Source: Chthoniobacteraceae bacterium (lineage in GTDB: Bacteria; Verrucomicrobiota; Verrucomicrobiia; Chthoniobacterales; Chthoniobacteraceae). From it: 64,000 nt of DNA. A program made the position numbers and the translations under genes. The notes beneath the pieces are model-generated. The model was not told the origin of the DNA and made no database searches. It saw only the letters and a list, made by a program, of their open reading frames with translations. The stretch is taken from positions 36,686-100,685 of the forward strand of contig JBEBGD010000009.1 of the NCBI GenBank assembly GCA_040081625.1, given 5' to 3'. This document shows, piece by piece, positions 1 through 9,098 of the stretch (position 1 is the stretch's first letter; every line of letters begins with the position of its first letter).

Positions 1-479
1 GGATCGCGGAAGCCGTCGGCGAAGACGCTCGTCTTGTCGGCGATGCCGTCGCCGTTCGTGTCCTCGACGAGCGTGATCCGCTCCTCGTGCTTCGCGAACT
101 TTTCCGCGAACACCTTCGGATCGGGATAAAACTTCCGCATCATCGCGAGCCGATCGTCGGTCGTTCGCGCGGCGAAATCGTCGTCGAGCCAGTTCATGTG
201 GCCGCGGTTGTCCTCGACGCCATTTTCCTGCCGGTAGCTCTCGGCGATGAACCAGCGCCCGCGCTCGTCGGGCGAAAACGCGACCGGATTTGCCAGCAGC
301 GGCTCGGCGGCGAAAAGCGTGACCGCGAGGCTCTGGTCGAACTTGAACGCCTTCATCGCGATCGCCGCGTCTGGCGTCGCGCCGGTCGCGGGGACGCCTT
401 CGCCGTGGGATGGGTCCACCGGAGGCGCGGCGCTCAGCGTGAGCGTGCAAGCGGCTATGACGAGGGTGAGGCGGCGCAT
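1..479 (-). CDS. PVC-type membrane-bound dehydrogenase / heme-binding protein, N-terminal part (runs off window start)
   Basis: Not in the ORF track. Manual translation from ATG at 479 gives a signal peptide (MRRLTLVIAACTLTLSA), then VTLFAAEPLLANPVAFSPDERGRWFIAE...LVEDTNGDGIADKTSVFADG, typical of this family. Confidence 0.8.
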   Translation of the reverse strand, partial: MRRLTLVIAACTLTLSAAPPVDPSHGEGVPATGATPDAAIAMKAFKFDQSLAVTLFAAEPLLANPVAFSPDERGRWFIAESYRQENGVEDNRGHMNWLDDDFAARTTDDRLAMMRKFYPDPKVFAEKFAKHEERITLVEDTNGDGIADKTSVFADGFRD

Positions 480-554
480 CGGGTGGTCTGCGGAAAAATG
501 AGCCGGCACGGTGCGCGGGCTTAGGGGGAATGCAAACGGGCGAAGGCGGAAGGC

Positions 555-629
555 TCTTAATCTCAATCCTAATCGCAATCTCCCGGTGCTCGGCGCAGAG
601 TAAGATTACGATTAGGATTAAGATTAAGA
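555..629. repeat. AT-rich palindromic element built from AATCxx/xxGATT hexamers
   Basis: Arms 555-581 (tcttaatctcaatcctaatcgcaatct) and 603-629 (agattacgattaggattaagattaaga) are reverse complements at 25/27. Both mismatches become G-U pairs on the minus strand. Confidence 0.9.
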
Positions 630-640
630 AACGCCGCGCG

Positions 641-2002
641 CTACGGAGTGCGCGCGAAGTCCAGACACACGAGCCGATTCTCCCCGCGCAGGTAGAGCTG
701 CTTGTCGCTGAGCACGGGCGCGGCCCATGTGGGATACGTCAGCCCCGGCACCTGCCAGCGCGCGAGTTCATCGCACTTCGCGGCGTCCGCCTTGAAGATG
801 CCGAGCAGCCCGGCTTCGCCGAGCGCGATCAACTTCCCGTCCGCGAGGATCGCGCTGCCGCGCGCGAAGACATCCGGCTCGGTGCCGGGCGTGATCGGCC
901 CGTGTCCGCCTTTGCGCCAGCGTTCATCGCGCTCCCACTTCACCGCGCCGGTGGCGAGCTCGACGCAGCGGAAAATGCCGTCCGGTTCATTGCGCCCGGT
1001 GAAGGCGAACAGGTGCCCGGCGGTGAGCACGGGCGTGGTCCAGTGGACTTCGAGTTGCAGCCCCTTCCACACTTCGCTCACCGATCTCCCATCCGGCGCG
1101 ACGCGCACCAGCACCGAGCCGCCGCGGTAGTAGGCGGTCGAGAGGAAGACCACGTCGTCTTTCACGACTGGCGTCATCGCGTTCACCGATTCATTCTGCC
1201 GCACGCGGAACCAATACGAGAAATTCACCGCGCCCGTCGCCGGGTCGAGCGAGACGAGCCCCTGCCGCGTCACGACGAGCACATGCCGCTTGCCATGAAT
1301 CGTCGCGGCGACGGGCGTGCAGTAGCTGGCCTGCTTTTCGTAAGTCGGATCGCTGCGGTTCCACTGCACGAGCCGCTCGCCGGGCCAGCCCGTCATCGGC
1401 ACGCCGGTCCACGTTTTCTCGCCGACGTTTTCCCAGAGCGTCTTCCCGGTCTTCGCGTCGAACGCGACGACGCCGGAGTTCGGCTGCGCGCCGACTTGCA
1501 CGATGAGCTTGTCGCCCTCGAGAATCGGTGAGCTGCCGACGCCGAAGAACGCGTCGGGCACTTCGAAGTCCTTCTGCGTGTCGCGCCGCCACACGGGCGC
1601 TCCGGTCGCGAGATCGAGGCAGAGAAGCACGCCGTCCGCGCCGAAAGTGTAGCAGCGATCCGCGGTCAGCAGCGGAGAGCAACGCGGCCCGTTGTTGAAG
1701 CCGAAGGGGTCCACGAACTTGCACGGGTAGCCGTGGCGCCAGCCGGGCTTGCCGGTTTTCGGGTCGAGCGACTCGACGACTTCCTCGTCGCCGACGCGAT
1801 GGTGCAGCACGAGCCGTCCATCGCGGATGCTCGGCGCGGAGTAGCCGGTGCCGACTTCGCGCGACCACACGATTGGCGCGGGGAGCGTGTCGCGGAGGCC
1901 GGTCTCGGCTGAGGTCTGGTCTCGATTCGGGCCCATGAACTCGGGCCAGTCGGCAGCGAGGGCAGGGGAGATGAGGGTGAGGAGTAGGAGTGAGCGGATC
2001 AT
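641..2002 (-). CDS. PQQ-binding-like beta-propeller repeat protein (BamB-like, PVC type)
   Basis: Signal peptide, DWPEFMGPNRD start, repeated D..TG...W blades, C-terminal LYLRGENRLVCLD. Start set at MIRSLLLL. Confidence 0.85.
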   Translation of the reverse strand: MIRSLLLLTLISPALAADWPEFMGPNRDQTSAETGLRDTLPAPIVWSREVGTGYSAPSIRDGRLVLHHRVGDEEVVESLDPKTGKPGWRHGYPCKFVDPFGFNNGPRCSPLLTADRCYTFGADGVLLCLDLATGAPVWRRDTQKDFEVPDAFFGVGSSPILEGDKLIVQVGAQPNSGVVAFDAKTGKTLWENVGEKTWTGVPMTGWPGERLVQWNRSDPTYEKQASYCTPVAATIHGKRHVLVVTRQGLVSLDPATGAVNFSYWFRVRQNESVNAMTPVVKDDVVFLSTAYYRGGSVLVRVAPDGRSVSEVWKGLQLEVHWTTPVLTAGHLFAFTGRNEPDGIFRCVELATGAVKWERDERWRKGGHGPITPGTEPDVFARGSAILADGKLIALGEAGLLGIFKADAAKCDELARWQVPGLTYPTWAAPVLSDKQLYLRGENRLVCLDFARTP

Positions 2003-2028
2003 GGAGCGGGGCGGCCCTGCGGGCGGCT

Positions 2029-2140
2029 TAACACCAAATGCCAAACGCCAAACGTCAAACTCCAAACGAGTCGGGCCGCGTCACGCGTCACACTGATCAG
2101 TTTGGTGTTTGGCGTTTGGCGTTTCGCGTTTGAAGTTTGG
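2029..2140. repeat. Inverted heptamer array (CCAAACG / CGTTTGG) between divergent genes
   Basis: About 5 CCAAAC(G)-like units at 2029-2067 and about 6 (C)GTTTGG-like units at 2100-2140. Confidence 0.85.
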
Positions 2141-2167
2141 CCCGCCGCAGGCGCCTCCCACATTACG

Positions 2168-5100
2168 ATGACCTCCCGCATTCTCCTCGCCGCTCTCCTC
2201 CCCACGCTCGCCCTCGCCCAAGCCAGCTCCCGCGAGGGAAATCTCGATGCCCCGCCGTCCACACCCGAGCAGCAGCGCGCAATGTTTCACCTGCCGCCCG
2301 GTTTTGAGATCCAGCTCGTCGCCGCCGAGCCCGCGATCCAAAAGCCGATGAACCTCAACTTCGACGCTGCGGGCCGGCTGTGGGTCACCGGCAGCGAGAT
2401 GTATCCGTGGCCGGCGAAAGTGGACGCGCTCGGCCAGCCGATCGCCGGCTTCGACGAGACGTGGAAAACGATGTCCGGCGCCTTCGACGCCGCAAAGGCG
2501 CCGCCGCCCGCCGAGCGCGCGACCGACACGGTGCGCGTGCTGAGCGACTTCGCGCCCGATGGCCGCGCGCGGAAGATCGAGGTCTTCGCCGATGGCCTGA
2601 ACATCCCCACCGGCATCATGCCGCTCCCGCGTAGGCCTCCACCGATTCCACCGATTTTCACAGATGGAAAACCGGCCGGCGCGTCTCCCGAAAATCTGCG
2701 AAAATCTGCGCAATCTGTGGACCCAAAAGGCGACAGCGTCATCGTCTTCTCCATCCCGAAAATCTGGCGCCTCACCGACACCGATGGCGATGGCCGCGCC
2801 GACTTGCGCGAGCCGCTCTACGGCGACTTCGGCTTCCGCGACACGCACGGCATGTCGAGCAACTACCTCTACTGGATCGACGGTTGGATCTACGGCTGCC
2901 ACGGCTTCGCCAACCACAGCGTCGTGCGCGACGGCGCGGGCCGCACCACCGAGATGCACAGCGGCAACACCTACCGCTTCCGCCCCGACGGCTCGCGCTT
3001 CGAGATCTACACGCACGGCCAGACGAACCCCTTCGGCCTCGCCGTCGATGATTGGGGAAATTTCTACTCCGCCGACTCGCACTCGCGCCCCGTCATGCTG
3101 CTGCTGCCCGGCGCGCACTACGCGGGCATCGGCAAGACGCACGACGGCCTCGGCTTCGCGCCGACGATCATGGATCACGACCACGGCTCGAGCGCCATCG
3201 CCGGCCTCGCGTGGTATGGCGCCGATCATTTCCCGCCCGAGTTCCGCGGCAACACCTTCAACGGCAACCCCGTCACGCGCCGCATCAACCGCGACCGCTA
3301 CGAGTGGCACGGCTCCACGCCGCGCGCGATCGAGATGCCCGACTTCCTCACGTGCGACGACCCGTGGTTCCGCCCCGTGCAAGTGAAGCTCGGCCCCGAC
3401 GGCGCGCTGTGGATCGCCGATTTCTACACGCCCATCATCGGCCACTACGAACAACCCCTCGCCGACCCGCGCCGCGACCGCACCCACGGCCGCATCTGGC
3501 GCATCGTGTATCGCGGGGAGAAAGGGGACGCGCCTGCGCCGGTGCTGCCGGACCTGGCGAAGTTGGACGCGAAAGCCCTGATCGAAAAACTCGGCGACGC
3601 GAACATCACGACGCGGACGCTGGCGACGAATGAGTTGGTGGAGCGGGTGGGGAAGGAGGCGATGCCGAATCTGCAATCGGAGCTTAAGCCTCCGCCGGAA
3701 GCCCTGAAGCGAGTCAAGGGTCGCGATGGAACCGAGAGGGACATCGTTGCGCTTGATTGGAAGAACGCTCCGACGACGCGCATGCACGCTCTCTACGTGC
3801 TCGACCGCATGGGCGCGTTAGAACAACCGGCGCTTGATCTCGGACTTGCCGATGAAGCACTGGTGCGTGTCCACGCTCTGCGATTACTCGCCTCGATGTC
3901 GAGTGAGCCGCCGCGGCGGCTCGAACGGCTGGGCACATACATCGGCTACCCTTTCGACGGCATGACACAACGTGCGGCTGTTGATGGGATTCGACTTCAG
4001 AGCGCACCGACCGTGAAGGACAACATGAGCTTGAGCCTCCTCGCCGCGCTCTCGGTCGCTGGGAATCGAGTGGAAGTCGCGGACACGCAATTCGGACACG
4101 CCTTCCGCATGGCGGTGCGCGATCGACTGTTGCGTGAAGACGGTTTCATCCATGCCGCTGTTCTTGCTGGCGAAGATTTTCCCGGAGTCGAAGAGCGCAG
4201 AGAGCATCTCGCTGAGATTTCTCTCGCCGTTTCCACTCCTGGCTCCGCCGCCTTCCTCCTAGCTCACCTCCAGCGCACCAAGCTCACCACGCGGCGCGCG
4301 GGCGAATACCTGCGCCACGCAGTGCTGAACCTGCCGGACGAAAAGCTCGCCGCCGTGAGCGCGCTGCTCCAGGCGCTCGCCGACGCGCCGCTCGCGCAGC
4401 GACTCGCGCTCGCCGATGGCCTCGGGCAGGCCGCGCGCGAACGTGGCTGGAAGCTTCCGGACGGACTCGCCGATTGGACGCAGCGCACGCTGCTCGCCGC
4501 GCTCGACAGCCCCGACGCCGACCGCGCCATCGTCGCGCTGCGCGACGCGACGTGGCCGGAAAAGTTCGCCCCGCTCCAGCAGATCGTCCTCGATGCGAAA
4601 CGCGACGGCACCCGCCGCGCCGCCGCGCTCGAAGCCGCGCTGAATCACGACCGCGGCATCGCCCTCGCTGCACAAGCGCTCGCCGATCCCACCTCGCTCC
4701 CGCTGCGCAAGAAAGCCGCCGACATCCTCGGCCGCACGCCGGACGACACCGCCCGCGACGCCTTGCTCGCCGCCCTGCCCACCGCGCCGGCCGAACTCGC
4801 CCTCGCGATCACCGCTTCGCTCGCGAAGACCGACCCCGACTTTACCGCGCTGCTCGATCTGCTCGAAGCCGGCAAAGCCTCGCCCGCGCCGCTGCGCAAC
4901 CGCCTCATCGCGCTCCTCGTCACCCGCCGCACCGAAGCCTTGCGCGCCCGCGCCGACGCGCTCACGCGCGACCTCCCGCCCGAAGACGCGCGCCTCGATG
5001 GCGTCATCGCCGATCGCGTGAAAGCCTTCGCCAGCGCGAAGCCCGACGCCGCGAAAGGCGCGCAGGTTTTCGCGCAGCAGTGCGCCGTCTGCCACCGCTT

Positions 5101-5491
5101 CCGCGGCGAGGGCGGCAATGCCGGCCCGAACCTCGACGGGCTTGCCGCCCGCGGCACGCACCGCGTCATCGAAGACATCCTCGATCCGAACCGCAACGTG
5201 GACCCGACCTTCCGCCAGACGATCATCGAGACCACGGACGGAAAGGTCGTCGCCGGCATCAACCCACGGCTCGGTCGCGTGCGGCTTGAGATGATCGCCG
5301 GCGGGCCGGCGACGCATCCGGCGATGGACACCGTCACCCTCACCGATGCCTCGGGCAGGGACGTGCAGGTCTTTCGCAAGCACATCAAATCGCAAACCCT
5401 CTCGCCGCTTTCGCTCATGCCGCCGGGTTATGAAGGCACGATCGCCGCGGACGACTTCAACTCGCTGCTCTCTTACCTTCTCGGCAAATGA
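2168..5491 (+). CDS. PVC-type heme-binding CxxCH protein (propeller dehydrogenase domain, HEAT-like repeats, cytochrome c)
   Basis: FHLPPGFEIQLVAAEP, DTDGDGRAD, WFRPVQVKLGPDGALWIADFY; C-terminal CAVCH...GPNL...SLMP. Start MTSRILL. Confidence 0.9.
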   Translation: MTSRILLAALLPTLALAQASSREGNLDAPPSTPEQQRAMFHLPPGFEIQLVAAEPAIQKPMNLNFDAAGRLWVTGSEMYPWPAKVDALGQPIAGFDETWKTMSGAFDAAKAPPPAERATDTVRVLSDFAPDGRARKIEVFADGLNIPTGIMPLPRRPPPIPPIFTDGKPAGASPENLRKSAQSVDPKGDSVIVFSIPKIWRLTDTDGDGRADLREPLYGDFGFRDTHGMSSNYLYWIDGWIYGCHGFANHSVVRDGAGRTTEMHSGNTYRFRPDGSRFEIYTHGQTNPFGLAVDDWGNFYSADSHSRPVMLLLPGAHYAGIGKTHDGLGFAPTIMDHDHGSSAIAGLAWYGADHFPPEFRGNTFNGNPVTRRINRDRYEWHGSTPRAIEMPDFLTCDDPWFRPVQVKLGPDGALWIADFYTPIIGHYEQPLADPRRDRTHGRIWRIVYRGEKGDAPAPVLPDLAKLDAKALIEKLGDANITTRTLATNELVERVGKEAMPNLQSELKPPPEALKRVKGRDGTERDIVALDWKNAPTTRMHALYVLDRMGALEQPALDLGLADEALVRVHALRLLASMSSEPPRRLERLGTYIGYPFDGMTQRAAVDGIRLQSAPTVKDNMSLSLLAALSVAGNRVEVADTQFGHAFRMAVRDRLLREDGFIHAAVLAGEDFPGVEERREHLAEISLAVSTPGSAAFLLAHLQRTKLTTRRAGEYLRHAVLNLPDEKLAAVSALLQALADAPLAQRLALADGLGQAARERGWKLPDGLADWTQRTLLAALDSPDADRAIVALRDATWPEKFAPLQQIVLDAKRDGTRRAAALEAALNHDRGIALAAQALADPTSLPLRKKAADILGRTPDDTARDALLAALPTAPAELALAITASLAKTDPDFTALLDLLEAGKASPAPLRNRLIALLVTRRTEALRARADALTRDLPPEDARLDGVIADRVKAFASAKPDAAKGAQVFAQQCAVCHRFRGEGGNAGPNLDGLAARGTHRVIEDILDPNRNVDPTFRQTIIETTDGKVVAGINPRLGRVRLEMIAGGPATHPAMDTVTLTDASGRDVQVFRKHIKSQTLSPLSLMPPGYEGTIAADDFNSLLSYLLGK
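2639..2720. repeat. Palindromic element inserted in frame within the CDS
   Basis: Arms ccaccgattccaccgattttcacagat (2639-2665) and atctgcgaaaatctgcgcaatctgtgg (2694-2720) are imperfect reverse complements. Encodes PPIPPIFTDGKPAGASPENLRKSAQSV. Confidence 0.75.
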
Positions 5492-6132
5492 CACCCGAAG
5501 CCCACGAACACCTCAGCGATTGCTGCCCCGTGATGAAGCGGCTCATCAAAACCCACGGCCCCTGCGCGCTCCTGCCGGATTCCACCCGCTCGCCGTTCGC
5601 CGCGTTGGCCAGCGCGATCGCGCATCAGCAACTCCACGGCAACGCAGCCGAGGCGATCCTGCGGCGATTCTGCGCGCTGTTTCCGCGTGGCACTTTTCCG
5701 ACGGCGCAAAAGCTCGCGAGCGTGAGCGACGCGGACCTGCGCGGATGCGGCTTCTCCGGCGGGAAGATCGCCGCGCTGCGCGATCTCGCCGCGAAGACGA
5801 TCGACGGCACGGCGCCTCCGCGCGCGGCGGTGGCGGCGCTGAGCGACGACGAACTCATCGCGCGGCTCACGGAGGTGCGCGGCATCGGGCGCTGGAGCGT
5901 GGAGATGTTTCTCATCTTCACGCTCGGGCGCCCCGACGTGCTGCCTGCTGATGATTTCGGCGTGCGCAACGGCTACCGCATCGCCTTCGGCCTAGACGAA
6001 ATGCCGAAGCCGAAAGAGCTGCTCGCCTACGGCGAACGCTGGCGTCCGCATGGAACAACTGCCGCGTGGTTTTTATGGAGGGCCGCCGACGCGGCGAAAG
6101 AACGTGCTCCACTCGCGGGCGTGAATGCGTAA
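5488..6132 (+). CDS. alkA: DNA-3-methyladenine glycosylase II (HhH-GPD)
   Basis: IAHQQL, HhH motif VRGIGRWSVEM, PDVLPADD. ATGA overlap with the upstream gene. Confidence 0.85.
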   Translation: MTPEAHEHLSDCCPVMKRLIKTHGPCALLPDSTRSPFAALASAIAHQQLHGNAAEAILRRFCALFPRGTFPTAQKLASVSDADLRGCGFSGGKIAALRDLAAKTIDGTAPPRAAVAALSDDELIARLTEVRGIGRWSVEMFLIFTLGRPDVLPADDFGVRNGYRIAFGLDEMPKPKELLAYGERWRPHGTTAAWFLWRAADAAKERAPLAGVNA

Positions 6133-6142
6133 CAATGCACGC

Positions 6143-6871
6143 ATGACCGACAAGACCGTCTCGCTCATCACCGGTGCAAACAAAGGCATCGGCTACGAAA
6201 TCGCCCGCCGCCTCGGCGCGCTCGGCCACTGCGTGCTCGTCGGCGCGCGCGACAAGAAGCGCGGGCAGACAGCGGTCGATCAACTCAAGGCCGGCGGCGT
6301 GGACGCGCACCTCATCATCCTCGATGTCGCGTATCAGCCGTCGGTGGATCGCACGGCGATGCTGATCGAGCAGGACTACGGGCGGCTCGACGTGCTCGTG
6401 AACAACGCGGGCCTCATCCACGACCGCAGCCTCAAGCCGAGCAACACCCCGCTCGACACGATCCGCGAGGTCTTCGAGCCGAATTTCTTCGGCCTTGTCG
6501 CGGTGACTCAGGCGATGCTTCCGCTACTCCGCAAGAGCGCCGCGGGCCGGATCGTGAACATGTCGAGCGTCCTCGGCTCTCTCACGGTGCAGTCTGATTT
6601 CGCCGGCCCGTTCGCCGACTTCAAGGTGCTCGGCTACGACTGCTCGAAGACCGCGGTGAATGCGGTGACGGTCCACTTCGCCCATGAGCTGCGCGACACG
6701 CCGATCAAGGTGAACTCCGCCTGCCCCGGCTGGGTGAAGACCGACATGGGCGGACCCGAAGCACCCGGCACCGTCGAGCAAGGCGCCGACACGCCGGTGT
6801 GGCTCGCGACGCTGCCTGCCGATGGACCGAGCGGCGGATTTTTCCAGGATCGCAAGCCGCTGCCCTGGTGA
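6143..6871 (+). CDS. SDR family oxidoreductase (carbonyl reductase-like)
   Basis: TGANKGIG, NNAG, YxxxK (YDCSK), CPGWVKTDM. Confidence 0.9.
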   Translation: MTDKTVSLITGANKGIGYEIARRLGALGHCVLVGARDKKRGQTAVDQLKAGGVDAHLIILDVAYQPSVDRTAMLIEQDYGRLDVLVNNAGLIHDRSLKPSNTPLDTIREVFEPNFFGLVAVTQAMLPLLRKSAAGRIVNMSSVLGSLTVQSDFAGPFADFKVLGYDCSKTAVNAVTVHFAHELRDTPIKVNSACPGWVKTDMGGPEAPGTVEQGADTPVWLATLPADGPSGGFFQDRKPLPW

Positions 6872-6875
6872 TTAC

Positions 6876-7532
6876 ATGACCCACAAACCCGTCTCCAACG
6901 ATACGCTGCTCGCGCAGCTCCAGTGGCGCTACGCGACGAAGATGTTCGATGCGTCGAAGAAGATCGCCGACGCCGACTGGGCGGCGCTCGAGCAGTCGCT
7001 CATCCTCACGCCATCGAGCTATGGCGCGCAGCCGTATCGCTTCGTCGTGATCACCGATGCCGTGACGAAGGAGGCGCTCGTGCCTTTCTCGTGGAAGCAG
7101 CGTCAACCCGCGGACTGCTCGCACTACGTCGTCTTCGCGGCGCGCGAGGCAAACACCGAGGCCGACGTGGATCATTACCTCGCTCGCATCGCCGAGGTGC
7201 GCGGCATCGCGGTCGAGTCGCAGGCTGGTTTCAAAAAGATGCTGATGAGCGACATCGTGAACGGCGAGCGCGGGCGGATCGCACTCGAGTGGGCGACGCG
7301 TCAGGCTTACATCGCGCTCGGCAATTTCATGACCGCCGCCGCGATGCTCGGCATCGACACGTGCCCGATGGAAGGCATCCAGCCGGACAAATACGACGAA
7401 CTGCTCGGCCTGCCTGCGCGCGGCTTTCGCACGGTCGTCGGCTGCGCAGCGGGCTATCGCGCGGAGGGCGACAAATACGCGGCGATGCCGAAGGTGCGGA
7501 TGCCGGCGGACGAGTTGATCGTTCGGGTCTAA
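6876..7532 (+). CDS. Nitroreductase family NAD(P)H-flavin oxidoreductase (NfsB-like)
   Basis: WRYATKMFD, LTPSSYGAQP, IDTCPMEG, PKVR. Confidence 0.9.
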   Translation: MTHKPVSNDTLLAQLQWRYATKMFDASKKIADADWAALEQSLILTPSSYGAQPYRFVVITDAVTKEALVPFSWKQRQPADCSHYVVFAAREANTEADVDHYLARIAEVRGIAVESQAGFKKMLMSDIVNGERGRIALEWATRQAYIALGNFMTAAAMLGIDTCPMEGIQPDKYDELLGLPARGFRTVVGCAAGYRAEGDKYAAMPKVRMPADELIVRV

Positions 7533-9019
7533 GCCTCCACCGCTCGCGGCACCTGCCGGCCGGCGTCGGGCTTTGCTTCTTCGTGGTATTCGGCGTCGGT
7601 GTTCACGTTCCAAAGATCGAACGCGCCGCCGCCGTTGAGATTCTTCGCGGCGAGGATCGCGGTCATCATCGAGTGATCCTGGTTGTTGTATTTGTGCATC
7701 CCGTTGCGACCGACGGGCTGGATATTCGCGAAGCGTGAGAGCGCGGCGCGGATGATCGCGACGTCGTCGTTGTAGCCGGGGCCATAGACGGGATACGCCT
7801 TTTCCATCCGCACCACGGCGCCGTCGAAGACGTCCTCCGGGTTCACGAGTCCGAGCTGCGCGAGTTCGCGTTTGCCGAGCTCGATGAGGTCTTCGTCGCG
7901 CATCGACCACAGCCCGTCGCCTTCGAAACAAAAATACTCGAGTCCAAGACACGTCGTGCCGGCGTCGGGCACGAGATGCGGCGACCAGTTGTTGAAGTTC
8001 TGGATACGCCCCAGCTTCACGCTCGGGTCGTGGACGTAGATCCAGTTGTCGGGGAAAAGGTCGGTCTTCCGCACCATCAGCGCGACGGTGAGAAAGTCGC
8101 GGTATTGCAGCCGCTTCGCCGCGGCGAGCGCCTCAGCCGGCAGCGGCGGGTTGAAGGCGAGCACGGTTTCCTGCAGTGGCATCGACACGATGAAATCCTC
8201 ACCCTGCCAATCCCGCTCGACGCCAGCGGAGTCGCGCGTTGTTACCGAAATCACGCGCTCGCCGAGCGTATTGATCGCCGTGACCTGCTCGCCCATCTCG
8301 ACACGGCTGCCGGCGGCGATCACGTCGTCGCGATGCTTGTCCCACATCTGGCCGGGGCCGAACTTTGGATACTCGAAAGTGTCGATCAGCGTCTTCACGA
8401 CCTCGCCGCCGCTCTTCTTTTTTTGCGGGACGAGCGCGTGCCAGACGGCTTTCAGGAGCGAGAGGCCCTTGATGCGCTGCGCCGCCCAGTCCGCGCTGAT
8501 CTTCTCGCACGGCATCCCCCAGACCTTCTCGGTGTAGGTGCGGAAAAAGATCGAGAAGAGCTTTTTCCCAAAGCGATTCGTGACCCAGTCCGCGAAGGAT
8601 TTCTCCGGCTTGATCGGGAAGATGCGCGCCATGACGTAGCTGAACATGCACGCCATGCTCGTGAAGACGCCGAGGCCGAAAAGCGCGTTCGCTGCCTTGA
8701 GCGGGTAGTCGAAAAACTTGCCGTTGTAAAAAATGCGCGACCCACGCCGGACGCTGATGAATTCAGAGCCGAGCCGCTGCTTCCAGCGCGCGGTCACCTC
8801 GTCGCTCTTGCTGAAAAACCGGTGACCCCCGATGTCGAAACGGTAGCCCTTGAATTCGACGGTGCGGGCGATGCCGCCGACGTAACGCGGGTCTTTCTCG
8901 AGCACGACGACCGGGCGGCCGGCCTCGGCGAGATCGACGGCAGCCGACAGGCCAGCCGGCCCCGCGCCGACGATGACGACGCGACGAGGGGACGCAGGAA
9001 GATGTGATTCGATGGACAT
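7529..9019 (-). CDS. FAD-dependent oxidoreductase, UDP-galactopyranose mutase / protoporphyrinogen oxidase-like
   Basis: GAGPAGL, FDIGGHRFFSK, YTEKVWG, WAAQRI, DNWIY, GRNGMHKYNNQDHSM. Confidence 0.8.
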   Translation of the reverse strand: MSIESHLPASPRRVVIVGAGPAGLSAAVDLAEAGRPVVVLEKDPRYVGGIARTVEFKGYRFDIGGHRFFSKSDEVTARWKQRLGSEFISVRRGSRIFYNGKFFDYPLKAANALFGLGVFTSMACMFSYVMARIFPIKPEKSFADWVTNRFGKKLFSIFFRTYTEKVWGMPCEKISADWAAQRIKGLSLLKAVWHALVPQKKKSGGEVVKTLIDTFEYPKFGPGQMWDKHRDDVIAAGSRVEMGEQVTAINTLGERVISVTTRDSAGVERDWQGEDFIVSMPLQETVLAFNPPLPAEALAAAKRLQYRDFLTVALMVRKTDLFPDNWIYVHDPSVKLGRIQNFNNWSPHLVPDAGTTCLGLEYFCFEGDGLWSMRDEDLIELGKRELAQLGLVNPEDVFDGAVVRMEKAYPVYGPGYNDDVAIIRAALSRFANIQPVGRNGMHKYNNQDHSMMTAILAAKNLNGGGAFDLWNVNTDAEYHEEAKPDAGRQVPRAVEA

Positions 9020-9098
9020 GGGCACGTGGGCAGAGAGCAGAGCTTTTGCCACGCGTCCAGCTTGTGCCCGCGGCACGGTTCCCGCAGTGTGCGCGCCC

